Assembly: GCF_009914755.1 (NCBI RefSeq)
Contig: NC_060931.1
Length of the DNA: 64,000 nucleotides
Direction: 5' to 3' (one strand)
Source of the DNA: the human T2T-CHM13v2.0 reference genome, Homo sapiens
Below the pieces are notes generated by a model. It was not told the origin of the DNA and did no database searches. It was given only the letters and a program-made list of their open reading frames with translations. This document shows positions 23,601 through 36,811 of the stretch, in pieces (the stretch's first letter is position 1; the number at the start of each line of letters is the position of its first letter). The translations under genes were made by a program, and so were the position numbers.

Positions 23601-26600
23601 AACTAGACAGAATCATTCTCAGAAACTACTTTGTGATGTGTGCCTTCAACTCACAGAGTTTAACCTTTCTTTTCTTAGAGCAGTTTAGAAACACTCTGCT
23701 TGTTATGTCTGCAAGTGGATATTTGGACCTCTTTGAGGCCTTCGTTGCAAACGGGGTTTCTTCCTTTCATGCTAGACTAAGAAGAGTTCTCAGTAACTTT
23801 TTTGTGTTGTGTGTATTCAACTCACAGAGTTGAACCTTGCTTTAGAGAGAGCAGATTTGAAACACTCTTGCTGTGGCATTTTCAGGTGGAGATTTCAAGC
23901 GATTTGAGGACAATTGCAGAAAAGGAAATATCTTCGTATAATAACCAGACAGAATCATTCTCAGAAAGTGCTTTGTGATGTGTGCGTTCAACTCACAGAG
24001 TTTAACCTTTCTTTTCATAGAGGAGTTTGGAAACACACTGTTTGTAAAGTCTGCAAGTGGATACATGGACCTGTTTGAGGCCTTCGTTGGAAACGGGATT
24101 TCTTCATTGAATGCTAGACGGAAGAATTCTCAGTAAATTCTTTGTGTTGTGTGCATTCAACTCACAGAGTGGAACGTCCCTTTAGACAGAGCAGATTTGA
24201 AACACTCTTTTTGCGGAATTTGCAAGTGGAGATTTCTAGCCATTTGATGCCAACAGTAGAAAGGGAAATATCTTCAAATAAAAACCAGACAGAATCATTC
24301 TCAGAAAATTCTTTGTGATGTGTGCGTTCAACTCACATAGTTTAACCTTTCTTTTCATAGAGCAGTTTGGAAACACTCTGTTTGTAAAGTCTGCAAGTGG
24401 ATATATGGACCGCATTGAGGCCTTCGTTGGAAACGGGATTTCTTCATTTCATGCTAGACAGAAGAATTCTCAGTAACTTCTTTGTGCTGTGTGTATTCAA
24501 CTCACAGAGTGGAACGTCCCTTTGCACACAGCAGATTTGAAACACTCTTTTTGTGGAGTTTGCAAGTGGAGATTTCAAGCGATTTGATGCCAACAGTAGA
24601 AAAGGAAATATCTTCAAATAAAAACTAGACAGAATCATTCTCAGAAACTACTTTGTGATGTGTGCCTTCAACTCACAGAGTTTAACCTTTCTTTTCTTAG
24701 AGCAGTTTAGAAACACTCTGCTTGTTATGTCTGCAAGTGGATATTTGGACCTCTTTGAGGCCTTCGTTGCAAACGGGGTTTCTTCCTTTCATGCTAGACT
24801 AAGAAGAGTTCTCAGTAACTTTTTTGTGTTGTGTGTATTCAACTCACAGAGTTGAACCCTGCTTTAGAGAGAGCAGATTTGAAACACTCTTGCTGTGGCA
24901 TTTTCAGGTGGAGATTTCAAGCGATTTGAGGACAATTGCAGAAAAGGAAATATCTTCGTATAATAACCAGACAGAATCATTCTCAGAAAGTGCTTTGTGA
25001 TGTGTGCGTTCAACTCACAGAGTTTAACCTTTCTTTTCATAGAGGAGTTTGGAAACACACTGTTTGTAAAGTCTGCAAGTGGATATATGGACCTGTTTGA
25101 GGCCTTCGTTGGAAACGGGATTTCTTCATTGAATGCTAGACGGAAGAATTCTCAGTAAATTCTTTGTGTTGTGTGCATTCAACTCACAGAGTGGAACGTC
25201 CCTTTAGACAGAGCAGATTTGAAACACTCTTTTTGCGGAATTTGCAAGTGGAGATTTCTAGCCATTTGATGCCAACAGTAGAAAGGGAAATATCTTCAAA
25301 TAAAAACCAGACAGAATCATTCTCAGAAAATTCTTTGTGATGTGTGCGTTCAACTCACATAGTTTAACCTTTCTTTTCATAGAGCAGTTTGGAAACACTC
25401 TGTTTGTAAAGTCTGCAAGTGGATATATGGACCGCATTGAGGCCTTCGTTGGAAACGGGATTTCTTCATTTCATGCTAGACAGAAGAATTCTCAGTAACT
25501 TCTTTGTGCTGTGTGTATTCAACTCACAGAGTGGAACGTCCCTTTGCACAGAGCAGATTTGAAACACTATTTTTGTGGAGTTTGCAAGTGGAGATTTCAA
25601 GCGATTTGATGCCAACAGTAGAAAAGGAAATATCTTCAAATAAAAACTAGACAGAATCATTCTCAGAAACTACTTTGTGATGTGTGCCTTCAACTCACAG
25701 AGTTTAACCTTTCTTTTCTTAGAGCAGTTTAGAAACACTCTGCTTGTTAGGTCTGCAAGTGGATATTTGGACCTCTTTGAGGCCTTCGTTGCAAACGGGG
25801 TTTCTTCCTTTCATGCTAGACTAAGAAGAGTTCTCAGTAACTTTTTTGTGTTGTGTGTATTCAACTCACAGAGTTGAACCCTGCTTTAGAGAGAGCAGAT
25901 TTGAAACACTCTTGCTGTGGCATTTTCAGGTGGAGATTTCAAGCGATTTGAGGACAATTGCAGAAAAGGAAATATCTTCGTATAATAACCAGACAGAATC
26001 ATTCTCAGAAAGTGCTTTGTGATGTGTGCGTTCAACTCACAGAGTTTAACCTTTCTTTTCATAGAGGAGTTTGGAAACACACTGTTTGTAAAGTCTGCAA
26101 GTGGATATATGGACCTGTTTGAGGCCTTCGTTGGAAACGGGATTTCTTCATTGAATGCTAGACGGAAGAATTCTCAGTAAATTCTTTGTGTTGTGTGCAT
26201 TCAACTCACAGAGTGGAACGTCCCTTTAGACAGAGCAGATTTGAAACACTCTTTTTGCGGAATTTGCAAGTGGAGATTTCTAGCCATTTGATGCCAACAG
26301 TAGAAAGGGAAATATCTTCAAATAAAAACCAGACAGAATCATTCTCAGAAAATTCTTTGTGATGTGTGCGTTCAACTCACATAGTTTAACCTTTCTTTTC
26401 ATAGAGCAGTTTGGAAACACTCTGTTTGTAAAGTCTGCAAGTGGATATATGGACCGCATTGAGGCCTTCGTTGGAAACGGGATTTCTTCATTTCATGCTA
26501 GACAGAAGAATTCTCAGTAACTTCTTTGTGCTGTGTGTATTCAACTCACAGAGTGGAACGTCCCTTTGCACAGAGCAGATTTGAAACACTCTTTTTGTGG

Positions 26601-29600
26601 AGTTTGCAAGTGGAGATTTCAAGCGATTTGATGCCAACAGTAGAAAAGGAAATATCTTCAAATAAAAACTAGACAGAATCATTCTCAGAAACTACTTTGT
26701 GATGTGTGCCTTCAACTCACAGAGTTTAACCTTTCTTTTCTTAGAGCAGTTTAGAAACACTCTGCTTGTTATGTCTGCAAGTGGATATTTGGACCTCTTT
26801 GAGGCCTTCGTTGCAAACGTGGTTTCTTCCTTTCATGCTAGACTAAGAAGAGTTCTCAGTAACTTTTTTGTGTTGTGTGTATTCAACTCACAGAGTTGAA
26901 CCTTGCTTTAGAGAGAGCAGATTTGAAACACTCTTGCTGTGGCATTTTCAGGTGGAGATTTCAAGCGATTTGAGGACAATTGCAGAAAAGGAAATATCTT
27001 CGTATAATAACCAGACAGAATCATTCTCAGAAAGTGCTTTGTGATGTGTGCGTTCAACTCACAGAGTTTAACCTTTCTTTTCATAGAGGAGTTTGGAAAC
27101 ACACTGTTTGTAAAGTCTGCAAGTGGATATATGGACCTGTTTGAGGCCTTCGTTGGAAACGGGATTTCTTCATTGAATGCTAGACGGAAGAATTCTCAGT
27201 AAATTCTTTGTGTTGTGTGCATTCAACTCACAGAGTGGAACGTCCCTTTAGACAGAGCAGATTTGAAACACTCTTTTTGCGGAATTTGCAAGTGGAGATT
27301 TCTAGCCATTTGATGCCAACAGTAGAAAGGGAAATATCTTCAAATAAAAACCAGACAGAATCATTCTCAGAAAATTCTTTGTGATGTGTGCGTTCAACTC
27401 ACATAGTTTAACCTTTCTTTTCATAGAGCAGTTTGGAAACACTCTGTTTGTAAAGTCTGCAAGTGGATATATGGACCGCATTGAGGCCTTCGTTGGAAAC
27501 GGGATTTCTTCATTTCATGCTAGACAGAAGAATTCTCAGTAACTTCTTTGTGCTGTGTGTATTCAACTCACAGAGTGGAACGTCCCTTTGCACAGAGCAG
27601 ATTTGAAACACTCTTTTTGTGGAGTTTGCAAGTGGAGATTTCAAGCGATTTGATGCCAACAGTAGAAAAGGAAATATCTTCAAATAGAAACTAGACAGAA
27701 TCATTCTCAGAAACTACTTTGTGATGTGTGCCTTCAACTCACAGAGTTTAACCTTTCTTTTCTTAGAGCAGTTTAGAAACACTCTGCTTGTTAGGTCTGC
27801 AAGTGGATATTTGGACCTCTTTGAGGCCTTCGTTGCAAACGGGGTTTCTTCCTTTCATGCTAGACTAAGAAGAGTTCTCAGTAACTTTTTTGTGTTGTGT
27901 GTATTCAACTCACAGAGTTGAACCCTGCTTTAGAGAGAGCAGATTTGAAACACTCTTGCTGTGGCATTTTCAGGTGGAGATTTCAAGCGATTTGAGGACA
28001 ATTGCAGAAAAGGAAATATCTTCGTATAATAACCAGACAGAATCATTCTCAGAAAGTGCTTTGTGATGTGTGCGTTCAACTCACAGAGTTTAACCTTTCT
28101 TTTCATAGAGGAGTTTGGAAACACACTGTTTGTAAAGTCTGCAAGTGGATATATGGACCTGTTTGAGGCCTTCGTTGGAAACGGGATTTCTTCATTGAAT
28201 GCTAGACGGAAGAATTCTCAGTAAATTCTTTGTGTTGTGTGCATTCAACTCACAGAGTGGAACGTCCCTTTAGACAGAGCAGATTTGAAACACTCTTTTT
28301 GCGGAATTTGCAAGTGGAGATTTCTAGCCATTTGATGCCAACAGTAGAAAGGGAAATATCTTCAAATAAAAACCAGACAGAATCATTCTCAGAAAATTCT
28401 TTGTGATGTGTGCGTTCAACTCACATAGTTTAACCTTTCTTTTCATAGAGCAGTTTGGAAACACTCTGTTTGTAAAGTCTGCAAGTGGATATATGGACCG
28501 CATTGAGGCCTTCGTTGGAAACGGGATTTCTTCATTTCATGCTAGACAGAAGAATTCTCAGTAACTTCTTTGTGCTGTGTGTATTCAACTCACAGAGTGG
28601 AACGTCCCTTTGCACAGAGCAGATTTGAAACACTCTTTTTGTGGAGTTTGCAAGTGGAGATTTCAAGCGATTTGATGCCAACAGTAGAAAAGGAAATATC
28701 TTCAAATAAAAACTAGACAGAATCATTCTCAGAAACTACTTTGTGATGTGTGCCTTCAACTCACAGAGTTTAACCTTTCTTTTCTTAGAGCAGTTTAGAA
28801 ACACTCTGCTTGTTAGGTCTGCAAGTGGATATTTGGACCTCTTTGAGGCCTTCGTTGCAAACGGGGTTTCTTCCTTTCATGCTAGACTAAGAAGAGTTCT
28901 CAGTAACTTTTTTGTGTTGTGTGTATTCAACTCACAGAGTTGAACCCTGCTTTAGAGAGAGCAGATTTGAAACACTCTTGCTGTGGCATTTTCAGGTGGA
29001 GATTTCAAGCGATTTGAGGATAATTGCAGAAAAGGAAATATCTTCGTATAATAACCAGACAGAATCATTCTCAGAAAGTGCTTTGTGATGTGTGCGTTCA
29101 ACTCACAGAGTTTAACCTTTCTTTTCATAGAGGAGTTTGGAAACACACTGTTTGTAAAGTCTGCAAGTGGATATATGGACCTGTTTGAGGCCTTCGTTGG
29201 AAACGGGATTTCTTCATTGAATGCTAGACGGAAGAATTCTCAGTAAATTCTTTGTGTTGTGTGCATTCAACTCACAGAGTGGAACGTCCCTTTAGACAGA
29301 GCAGATTTGAAACACTCTTTTTGCGGAATTTGCAAGTGGAGATTTCTAGCCATTTGATGCCAACAGTAGAAAGGGAAATATCTTCAAACAAAAACCAGAC
29401 AGAATCATTCTCAGAAAATTCTTTGTGATGTGTGCGTTCAACTCACATAGTTTAACCTTTCTTTTCATAGAGCAGTTTGGAAACACTCTGTTTGTAAAGT
29501 CTGCAAGTGGATATATGGACCGCATTGAGGCCTTCGTTGGAAACGGGATTTCTTCATTTCATGCTAGACAGAAGAATTCTCAGTAACTTCTTTGTGCTGT

Positions 29601-32600
29601 GTGTATTCAACTCACAGAGTGGAACGTCCCTTTGCACAGAGCAGATTTGAAACACTCTTTTTGTGGAGTTTGCAAGTGGAGATTTCAAGCGATTTGATGC
29701 CAACAGTAGAAAAGGAAATATCTTCAAATAAAAACTAGACAGAATCATTCTCAGAAACTACTTTGTGATGTGTGCCTTCAACTCACAGAGTTTAACCTTT
29801 CTTTTCTTAGAGCAGTTTAGAAACACTCTGCTTGTTATGTCTGCAAGTGGATATTTGGACCTCTTTGAGGCCTTCGTTGCAAACGGGGTTTCTTCCTTTC
29901 ATGCTAGACTAAGAAGAGTTCTCAGTAACTTTTTTGTGTTGTGTGTATTCAACTCACAGAGTTGAACCCTGCTTTAGAGAGAGCAGATTTGAAACACTCT
30001 TGCTGTGGCATTTTCAGGTGGAGATTTCAAGCGATTTGAGGACAATTGCAGAAAAGGAAATATCTTCGTATAATAACCAGACAGAATCATTCTCAGAAAG
30101 TGCTTTGTGATGTGTGCGTTCAACTCACAGAGTTTAACCTTTCTTTTCATAGAGGAGTTTGGAAACACACTGTTTGTAAAGTCTGCAAGTGGATATATGG
30201 ACCTGTTTGAGGCCTTCGTTGGAAACGGGATTTCTTCATTGAATGCTAGACGGAAGAATTCTCAGTAAATTCTTTGTGTTGTGTGCATTCAACTCACAGA
30301 GTGGAACGTCCCTTTAGACAGAGCAGATTTGAAACACTCTTTTTGCGGAATTTGCAAGTGGAGATTTCTAGCCATTTGATGCCAACAGTAGAAAGGGAAA
30401 TATCTTCAAATAAAAACCAGACAGAATCATTCTCAGAAAATTCTTTGTGATGTGTGCGTTCAACTCACATAGTTTAACCTTTCTTTTCATAGAGCAGTTT
30501 GGAAACACTCTGTTTGTAAAGTCTGCAAGTGGATATATGGACCGCATTGAGGCCTTCGTTGGAAACGGGATTTCTTCATTTCATGCTAGACAGAAGAATT
30601 CTCAGTAACTTCTTTGTGCTGTGTGTATTCAACTCACAGAGTGGAACGTCCCTTTGCACAGAGCAGATTTGAAACACTGTTTTTGTGGAGTTTGCAAGTG
30701 GAGATTTCAAGCGATTTGATGCCAACAGTAGAAAAGGAAATATCTTCAAATAAAAACTAGACAGAATCATTCTCAGAAACTACTTTGTGATGTGTGCCTT
30801 CAACTCACAGAGTTTAACCTTTCTTTTCTTAGAGCAGTTTAGAAACACTCTGCTTGTTAGGTCTGCAAGTGGATATTTGGACCTCTTTGAGGCCTTCGTT
30901 GCAAACGGGGTTTCTTCCTTTCATGCTAGACTAAGAAGAGTTCTCAGTAACTTTTTTGTGTTGTGTGTATTCAACTCACAGAGTTGAACCCTGCTTTAGA
31001 GAGAGCAGATTTGAAACACTCTTGCTGTGGCATTTTCAGGTGGAGATTTCAAGCGATTTGAAGACAATTGCAGAAAAGGAAATATCTTCGTATAATAACC
31101 AGACAGAATCATTCTCAGAAAGTGCTTTGTGATGTGTGCGTTCAACTCACAGAGTTTAACCTTTCTTTTCATAGAGGAGTTTGGAAACACACTGTTGGTA
31201 AAGTCTGCAAGTGGATATATGGACCTGTTTGAGGCCTTCGTTGGAAACGGGATTTCTTCATTGAATGCTAGACGGAAGAATTCTCAGTAAATTCTTTGTG
31301 TTGTGTGCATTCAACTCACAGAGTGGAACGTCCCTTTAGACAGAGCAGATTTGAAACACTCTTTTTGCGGAATTTGCAAGTGGAGATTTCTAGCCATTTG
31401 ATGCCAACAGTAGAAAGGGAAATATCTTCAAACAAAAACCAGACAGAATCATTCTCAGAAAATTCTTTGTGATGTGTGCGTTCAACTCACATAGTTTAAC
31501 CTTTCTTTTCATAGAGCAGTTTGGAAACACTCTGTTTGTAAAGTCTGCAAGTGGATATATGGACCGCATTGAGGCCTTCGTTGGAAACGGGATTTCTTCA
31601 TTTCATGCTAGACAGAAGAATTCTCAGTAACTTCTTTGTGCTGTGTGTATTCAACTCACAGAGTGGAACGTCCCTTTGCACAGAGCAGATTTGAAACACT
31701 CTTTTTGTGGAGTTTGCAAGTGGAGATTTCAAGCGATTTGATGCCAACAGTAGAAAAGGAAATATCTTCAAATAAAAACTAGACAGAATCATTCTCAGAA
31801 ACTACTTTGTGATGTGTGCCTTCAACTCACAGAGTTTAACCTTTCTTTTCTTAGAGCAGTTTAGAAACACTCTGCTTGTTATGTCTGCAAGTGGATATTT
31901 GGACCTCTTTGAGGCCTTCGTTGCAAACGGGGTTTCTTCCTTTCATGCTAGACTAAGAAGAGTTCTCAGTAACTTTTTTGTGTTGTGTGTATTCAACTCA
32001 CAGAGTTGAACCCTGCTTTAGAGAGAGCAGATTTGAAACACTCTTGCTGTGGCATTTTCAGGTGGAGATTTCAAGCGATTTGAGGACAATTGCAGAAAAG
32101 GAAATATCTTCGTATAATAACCAGACAGAATCATTCTCAGAAAGTGCTTTGTGATGTGTGCGTTCAACTCACAGAGTTTAACCTTTCTTTTCATAGAGGA
32201 GTTTGGAAACACACTGTTTGTAAAGTCTGCAAGTGGATATATGGACCTGTTTGAGGCCTTCGTTGGAAACGGGATTTCTTCATTGAATGCTAGACGGAAG
32301 AATTCTCAGTAAATTCTTTGTGTTGTGTGCATTCAACTCACAGAGTGGAACGTCCCTTTAGACAGAGCAGATTTGAAACACTCTTTTTGCGGAATTTGCA
32401 AGTGGAGATTTCTAGCCATTTGATGCCAACAGTAGAAAGGGAAATATCTTCAAATAAAAACCAGACAGAATCATTCTCAGAAAATTCTTTGTGATGTGTG
32501 CGTTCAACTCACATAGTTTAACCTTTCTTTTCATAGAGCAGTTTGGAAACACTCTGTTTGTAAAGTCTGCAAGTGGATATATGGACCGCATTGAGGCCTT

Positions 32601-33200
32601 CGTTGGAAACGGGATTTCTTCATTTCATGCTAGACAGAAGAATTCTCAGTAACTTCTTTGTGCTGTGTGTATTCAACTCACAGAGTGGAACGTCCCTTTG
32701 CACAGAGCAGATTTGAAACACTCTTTTTGTGGAGTTTGCAAGTGGAGATTTCAAGCGATTTGATGCCAACAGTAGAAAAGGAAATATCTTCAAATAAAAA
32801 CTAGACAGAATCATTCTCAGAAACTACTTTGTGATGTGTGCCTTCAACTCACAGAGTTTAACCTTTCTTTTCTTAGAGCAGTTTAGAAACACTCTGCTTG
32901 TTAGGTCTGCAAGTGGATATTTGGACCTCTTTGAGGCCTTCGTTGCAAACGGGGTTTCTTCCTTTCATGCTAGACTAAGAAGAGTTCTCAGTAACTTTTT
33001 TGTGTTGTGTGTATTCAACTCACAGAGTTGAACCCTGCTTTAGAGAGAGCAGATTTGAAACACTCTTGCTGTGGCATTTTCAGGTGGAGATTTCAAGCGA
33101 TTTGAGGACAATTGCAGAAAAGGAAATATCTTCGTATAATAACCAGACAGAATCATTCTCAGAAAGTGCTTTGTGATGTGTGCGTTCAACTCACAGAGTT
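8700..33200 (+). repeat. Multi-HOR tandem duplication: copies 9-21 correspond to copies 22-32
   Basis: Ordered series of shared rare variants at a 13286-bp offset and then an 11242-bp offset (see findings). Boundaries are approximate. Confidence 0.85.
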
Positions 33201-36200
33201 TAACCTTTCTTTTCATAGAGGAGTTTGGAAACACACTGTTTGTAAAGTCTGCAAGTGGATATATGGACCTGTTTGAGGCCTTCGTTGGAAACGGGATTTC
33301 TTCATTGAATGCTAGACGGAAGAATTCTCAGTAAATTCTTTGTGTTGTGTGCATTCAACTCACAGAGTGGAACGTCCCTTTAGACAGAGCAGATTTGAAT
33401 CACTCTTTTTGCGGAATTTGCAAGTGGAGATTTCTAGCCATTTGATGCCAACAGTAGAAAGGGAAATATCTTCAAATAAAAACCAGACAGAATCATTCTC
33501 AGAAAATTCTTTGTGATGTGTGCGTTCAACTCACATAGTTCAACCTTTCTTTTCATAGAGCAGTTTGGAAACACTCTGTTTGTAAAGTCTGCAAGTGGAT
33601 ATATGGACCGCATTGAGGCCTTCGTTGGAAACGGGATTTCTTCATTTCATGCTAGACAGAAGAATTCTCAGTAACTTCTTTGTGCTGTGTGTATTCAACT
33701 CACAGAGTGGAACGTCCCTTTGCACAGAGCAGATTTGAAACACTCTTTTTGTGGAGTTTGCAAGTGGAGATTTCAAGCGATTTGATGCCAACAGTAGAAA
33801 AGGAAATATCTTCAAATAGAAACTAGACAGAATCATTCTCAGAAACTACTTTGTGATGTGTGCCTTCAACTCACAGAGTTTAACCTTTCTTTTCTTAGAG
33901 CAGTTTAGAAACACTCTGCTTGTTATGTCTGCAAGTGGATATTTGGACCTCTTTGCGGCCTTCGTTGCAAACGTGGTTTCTTCCTTTCATGCTAGACTAA
34001 GAAGAGTTCTCAGTAACTTTTTTGTGTTGTGTGTATTCAACTCACAGAGTTGAACCTTGCTTTAGAGAGAGCAGATTTGAAACACTCTTGCTGTGGCATT
34101 TTCAGGTGGAGATTTCAAGCGATTTGAGGACAATTGCAGAAAAGGAAATATCTTCGTATAATAACCAGACAGAATCATTCTCAGAAAGTGCTTTGTGATG
34201 TGTGCGTTCAACTCACAGAGTTTAACCTTTCTTTTCATAGAGGAGTTTGGAAACACACTGTTTGTAAAGTCTGCAAGTGGATATATGGACCTGTTTGAGG
34301 CCTTCGTTGGAAACGGGATTTCTTCATTGAATGCTAGACGGAAGAATTCTCAGTAAATTCTTTGTGTTGTGTGCATTCAACTCACAGAGTGGAACGTCCC
34401 TTTAGACAGAGCAGATTTGAAACACTCTTTTTGCGGAATTTGCAAGTGGAGATTTCTAGCCATTTGATGCCAACAGTAGAAAGGGAAATATCTTCAAATA
34501 AAAACCAGACAGAATCATTCTCAGAAAATTCTTTGTGATGTGTGCGTTCAACTCACATAGTTTAACCTTTCTTTTCATAGAGCAGTTTGGAAACACTCTG
34601 TTTGTAAAGTCTGCAAGTGGATATATGGACCGCATTGAGGCCTTCGTTGGAAACGGGATTTCTTCATTTCATGCTAGACAGAAGAATTCTCAGTAACTTC
34701 TTTGTGCTGTGTGTATTCAACTCACAGAGTGGAACGTCCCTTTGCACAGAGCAGATTTGAAACACTCTTTTTGTGGAGTTTGCAAGTGGAGATTTCAAGC
34801 GATTTGATGCCAACAGTAGAAAAGGAAATATCTTCAAATAAAAACTAGACAGAATCATTCTCAGAAACTACTTTGTGATGTGTGCCTTCAACTCACAGAG
34901 TTTAACCTTTCTTTTCTTAGAGCAGTTTAGAAACACTCTGCTTGTTAGGTCTGCAAGTGGATATTTGGACCTCTTTGAGGCCTTCGTTGCAAACGGGGTT
35001 TCTTCCTTTCATGCTAGACTAAGAAGAGTTCTCAGTAACTTTTTTGTGTTGTGTGTATTCAACTCACAGAGTTGAACCTTGCTTTAGAGAGAGCAGATTT
35101 GAAACACTCTTGCTGTGGCATTTTCAGGTGGAGATTTCAAGCGATTTGAGGACAATTGCAGAAAAGGAAATATCTTCGTATAATAACCAGACAGAATCAT
35201 TCTCAGAAAGTGCTTTGTGATGTGTGCGTTCAACTCACAGAGTTTAACCTTTCTTTTCATAGAGGAGTTTGGAAACACACTGTTTGTAAAGTCTGCAAGT
35301 GGATATATGGACCTGTTTGAGGCCTTCGTTGGAAACGGGATTTCTTCATTGAATGCTAGACGGAAGAATTCTCAGTAAATTCTTTGTGTTGTGTGCATTC
35401 AACTCACAGAGTGGAACGTCCCTTTAGACAGAGCAGATTTGAAACACTCTTTTTGCGGAATTTGCAAGTGGAGATTTCTAGCCATTTGATGCCAACAGTA
35501 GAAAGGGAAATATCTTCAAACAAAAACCAGACAGAATCATTCTCAGAAAATTCTTTGTGATGTGTGCGTTCAACTCACATAGTTTAACCTTTCTTTTCAT
35601 AGAGCAGTTTGGAAACACTCTGTTTGTAAAGTCTGCAAGTGGATATATGGACCGCATTGAGGCCTTCGTTGGAAACGGGATTTCTTCATTTCATGCTAGA
35701 CAGAAGAATTCTCAGTAACTTCTTTGTGCTGTGTGTATTCAACTCACAGAGTGGAACGTCCCTTTGCAGAGAGCAGATTTGAAACACTCTTTTTGTGGAG
35801 TTTGCAAGTGGAGATTTCAAGCGATTTGATGCCAACAGTAGAAAAGGAAATATCTTCAAATAAAAACTAGACAGAATCATTCTCAGAAACTACTTTGTGA
35901 TGTGTGCCTTCAACTCACAGAGTTTAACCTTTCTTTTCTTAGAGCAGTTTAGAAACACTCTGCTTGTTAGGTCTGCAAGTGGATATTTGGACCTCTTTGA
36001 GGCCTTCGTTGCAAACGGGGTTTCTTCCTTTCATGCTAGACTAAGAAGAGTTCTCAGTAACTTTTTTGTGTTGTGTGTATTCAACTCACAGAGTTGAACC
36101 TTGCTTTAGAGAGAGCAGATTTGAAACACTCTTGCTGTGGCATTTTCAGGTGGAGATTTCAAGCGATTTGAGGACAATTGCAGAAAAGGAAATATCTTCG

Positions 36201-36809
36201 TATAATAACCAGACAGAATCATTCTCAGAAAGTGCTTTGTGATGTGTGCGTTCAACTCACAGAGTTTAACCTTTCTTTTCATAGAGGAGTTTGGAAACAC
36301 ACTGTTGGTAAAGTCTGCAAGTGGATACATGGACCTGTTTGAGGCCTTCGTTGGAAACGGGATTTCTTCATTGAATGCTAGACGGAAGAATTCTCAGTAA
36401 ATTCTTTGTGTTGTGTGCATTCAACTCACAGAGTGGAACGTCCCTTTAGACAGAGCAGATTTGAAACACTCTTTTTGCGGAATTTGCAAGTGGAGATTTC
36501 TAGCCATTTGATGCCAACAGTAGAAAGGGAAATATCTTCAAATAAAAACCAGACAGAATCATTCTCAGAAAATTCTTTGTGATGTGTGCGTTCAACTCAC
36601 ATAGTTTAACCTTTCTTTTCATAGAGCAGTTTGGAAACACTCTGTTTGTAAAGTCTGCAAGTGGATATATGGACCGCATTGAGGCCTTCGTTGGAAACGG
36701 GATTTCTTCATTTCATGCTAGACAGAAGAATTCTCAGTAACTTCTTTGTGCTGTGTGTATTCAACTCACAGAGTGGAACGTCCCTTTGCACAGAGCAGAT
36801 TTGAAACAC

Positions 36810-36811
36810 TT
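36810..36811 (+). other. 1-bp deletion (C) in HOR copy 36
   Basis: AAACACTTTTTTGTGG against consensus AAACACTCTTTTTGTGG; the period drops to 1021. Confidence 0.92.
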
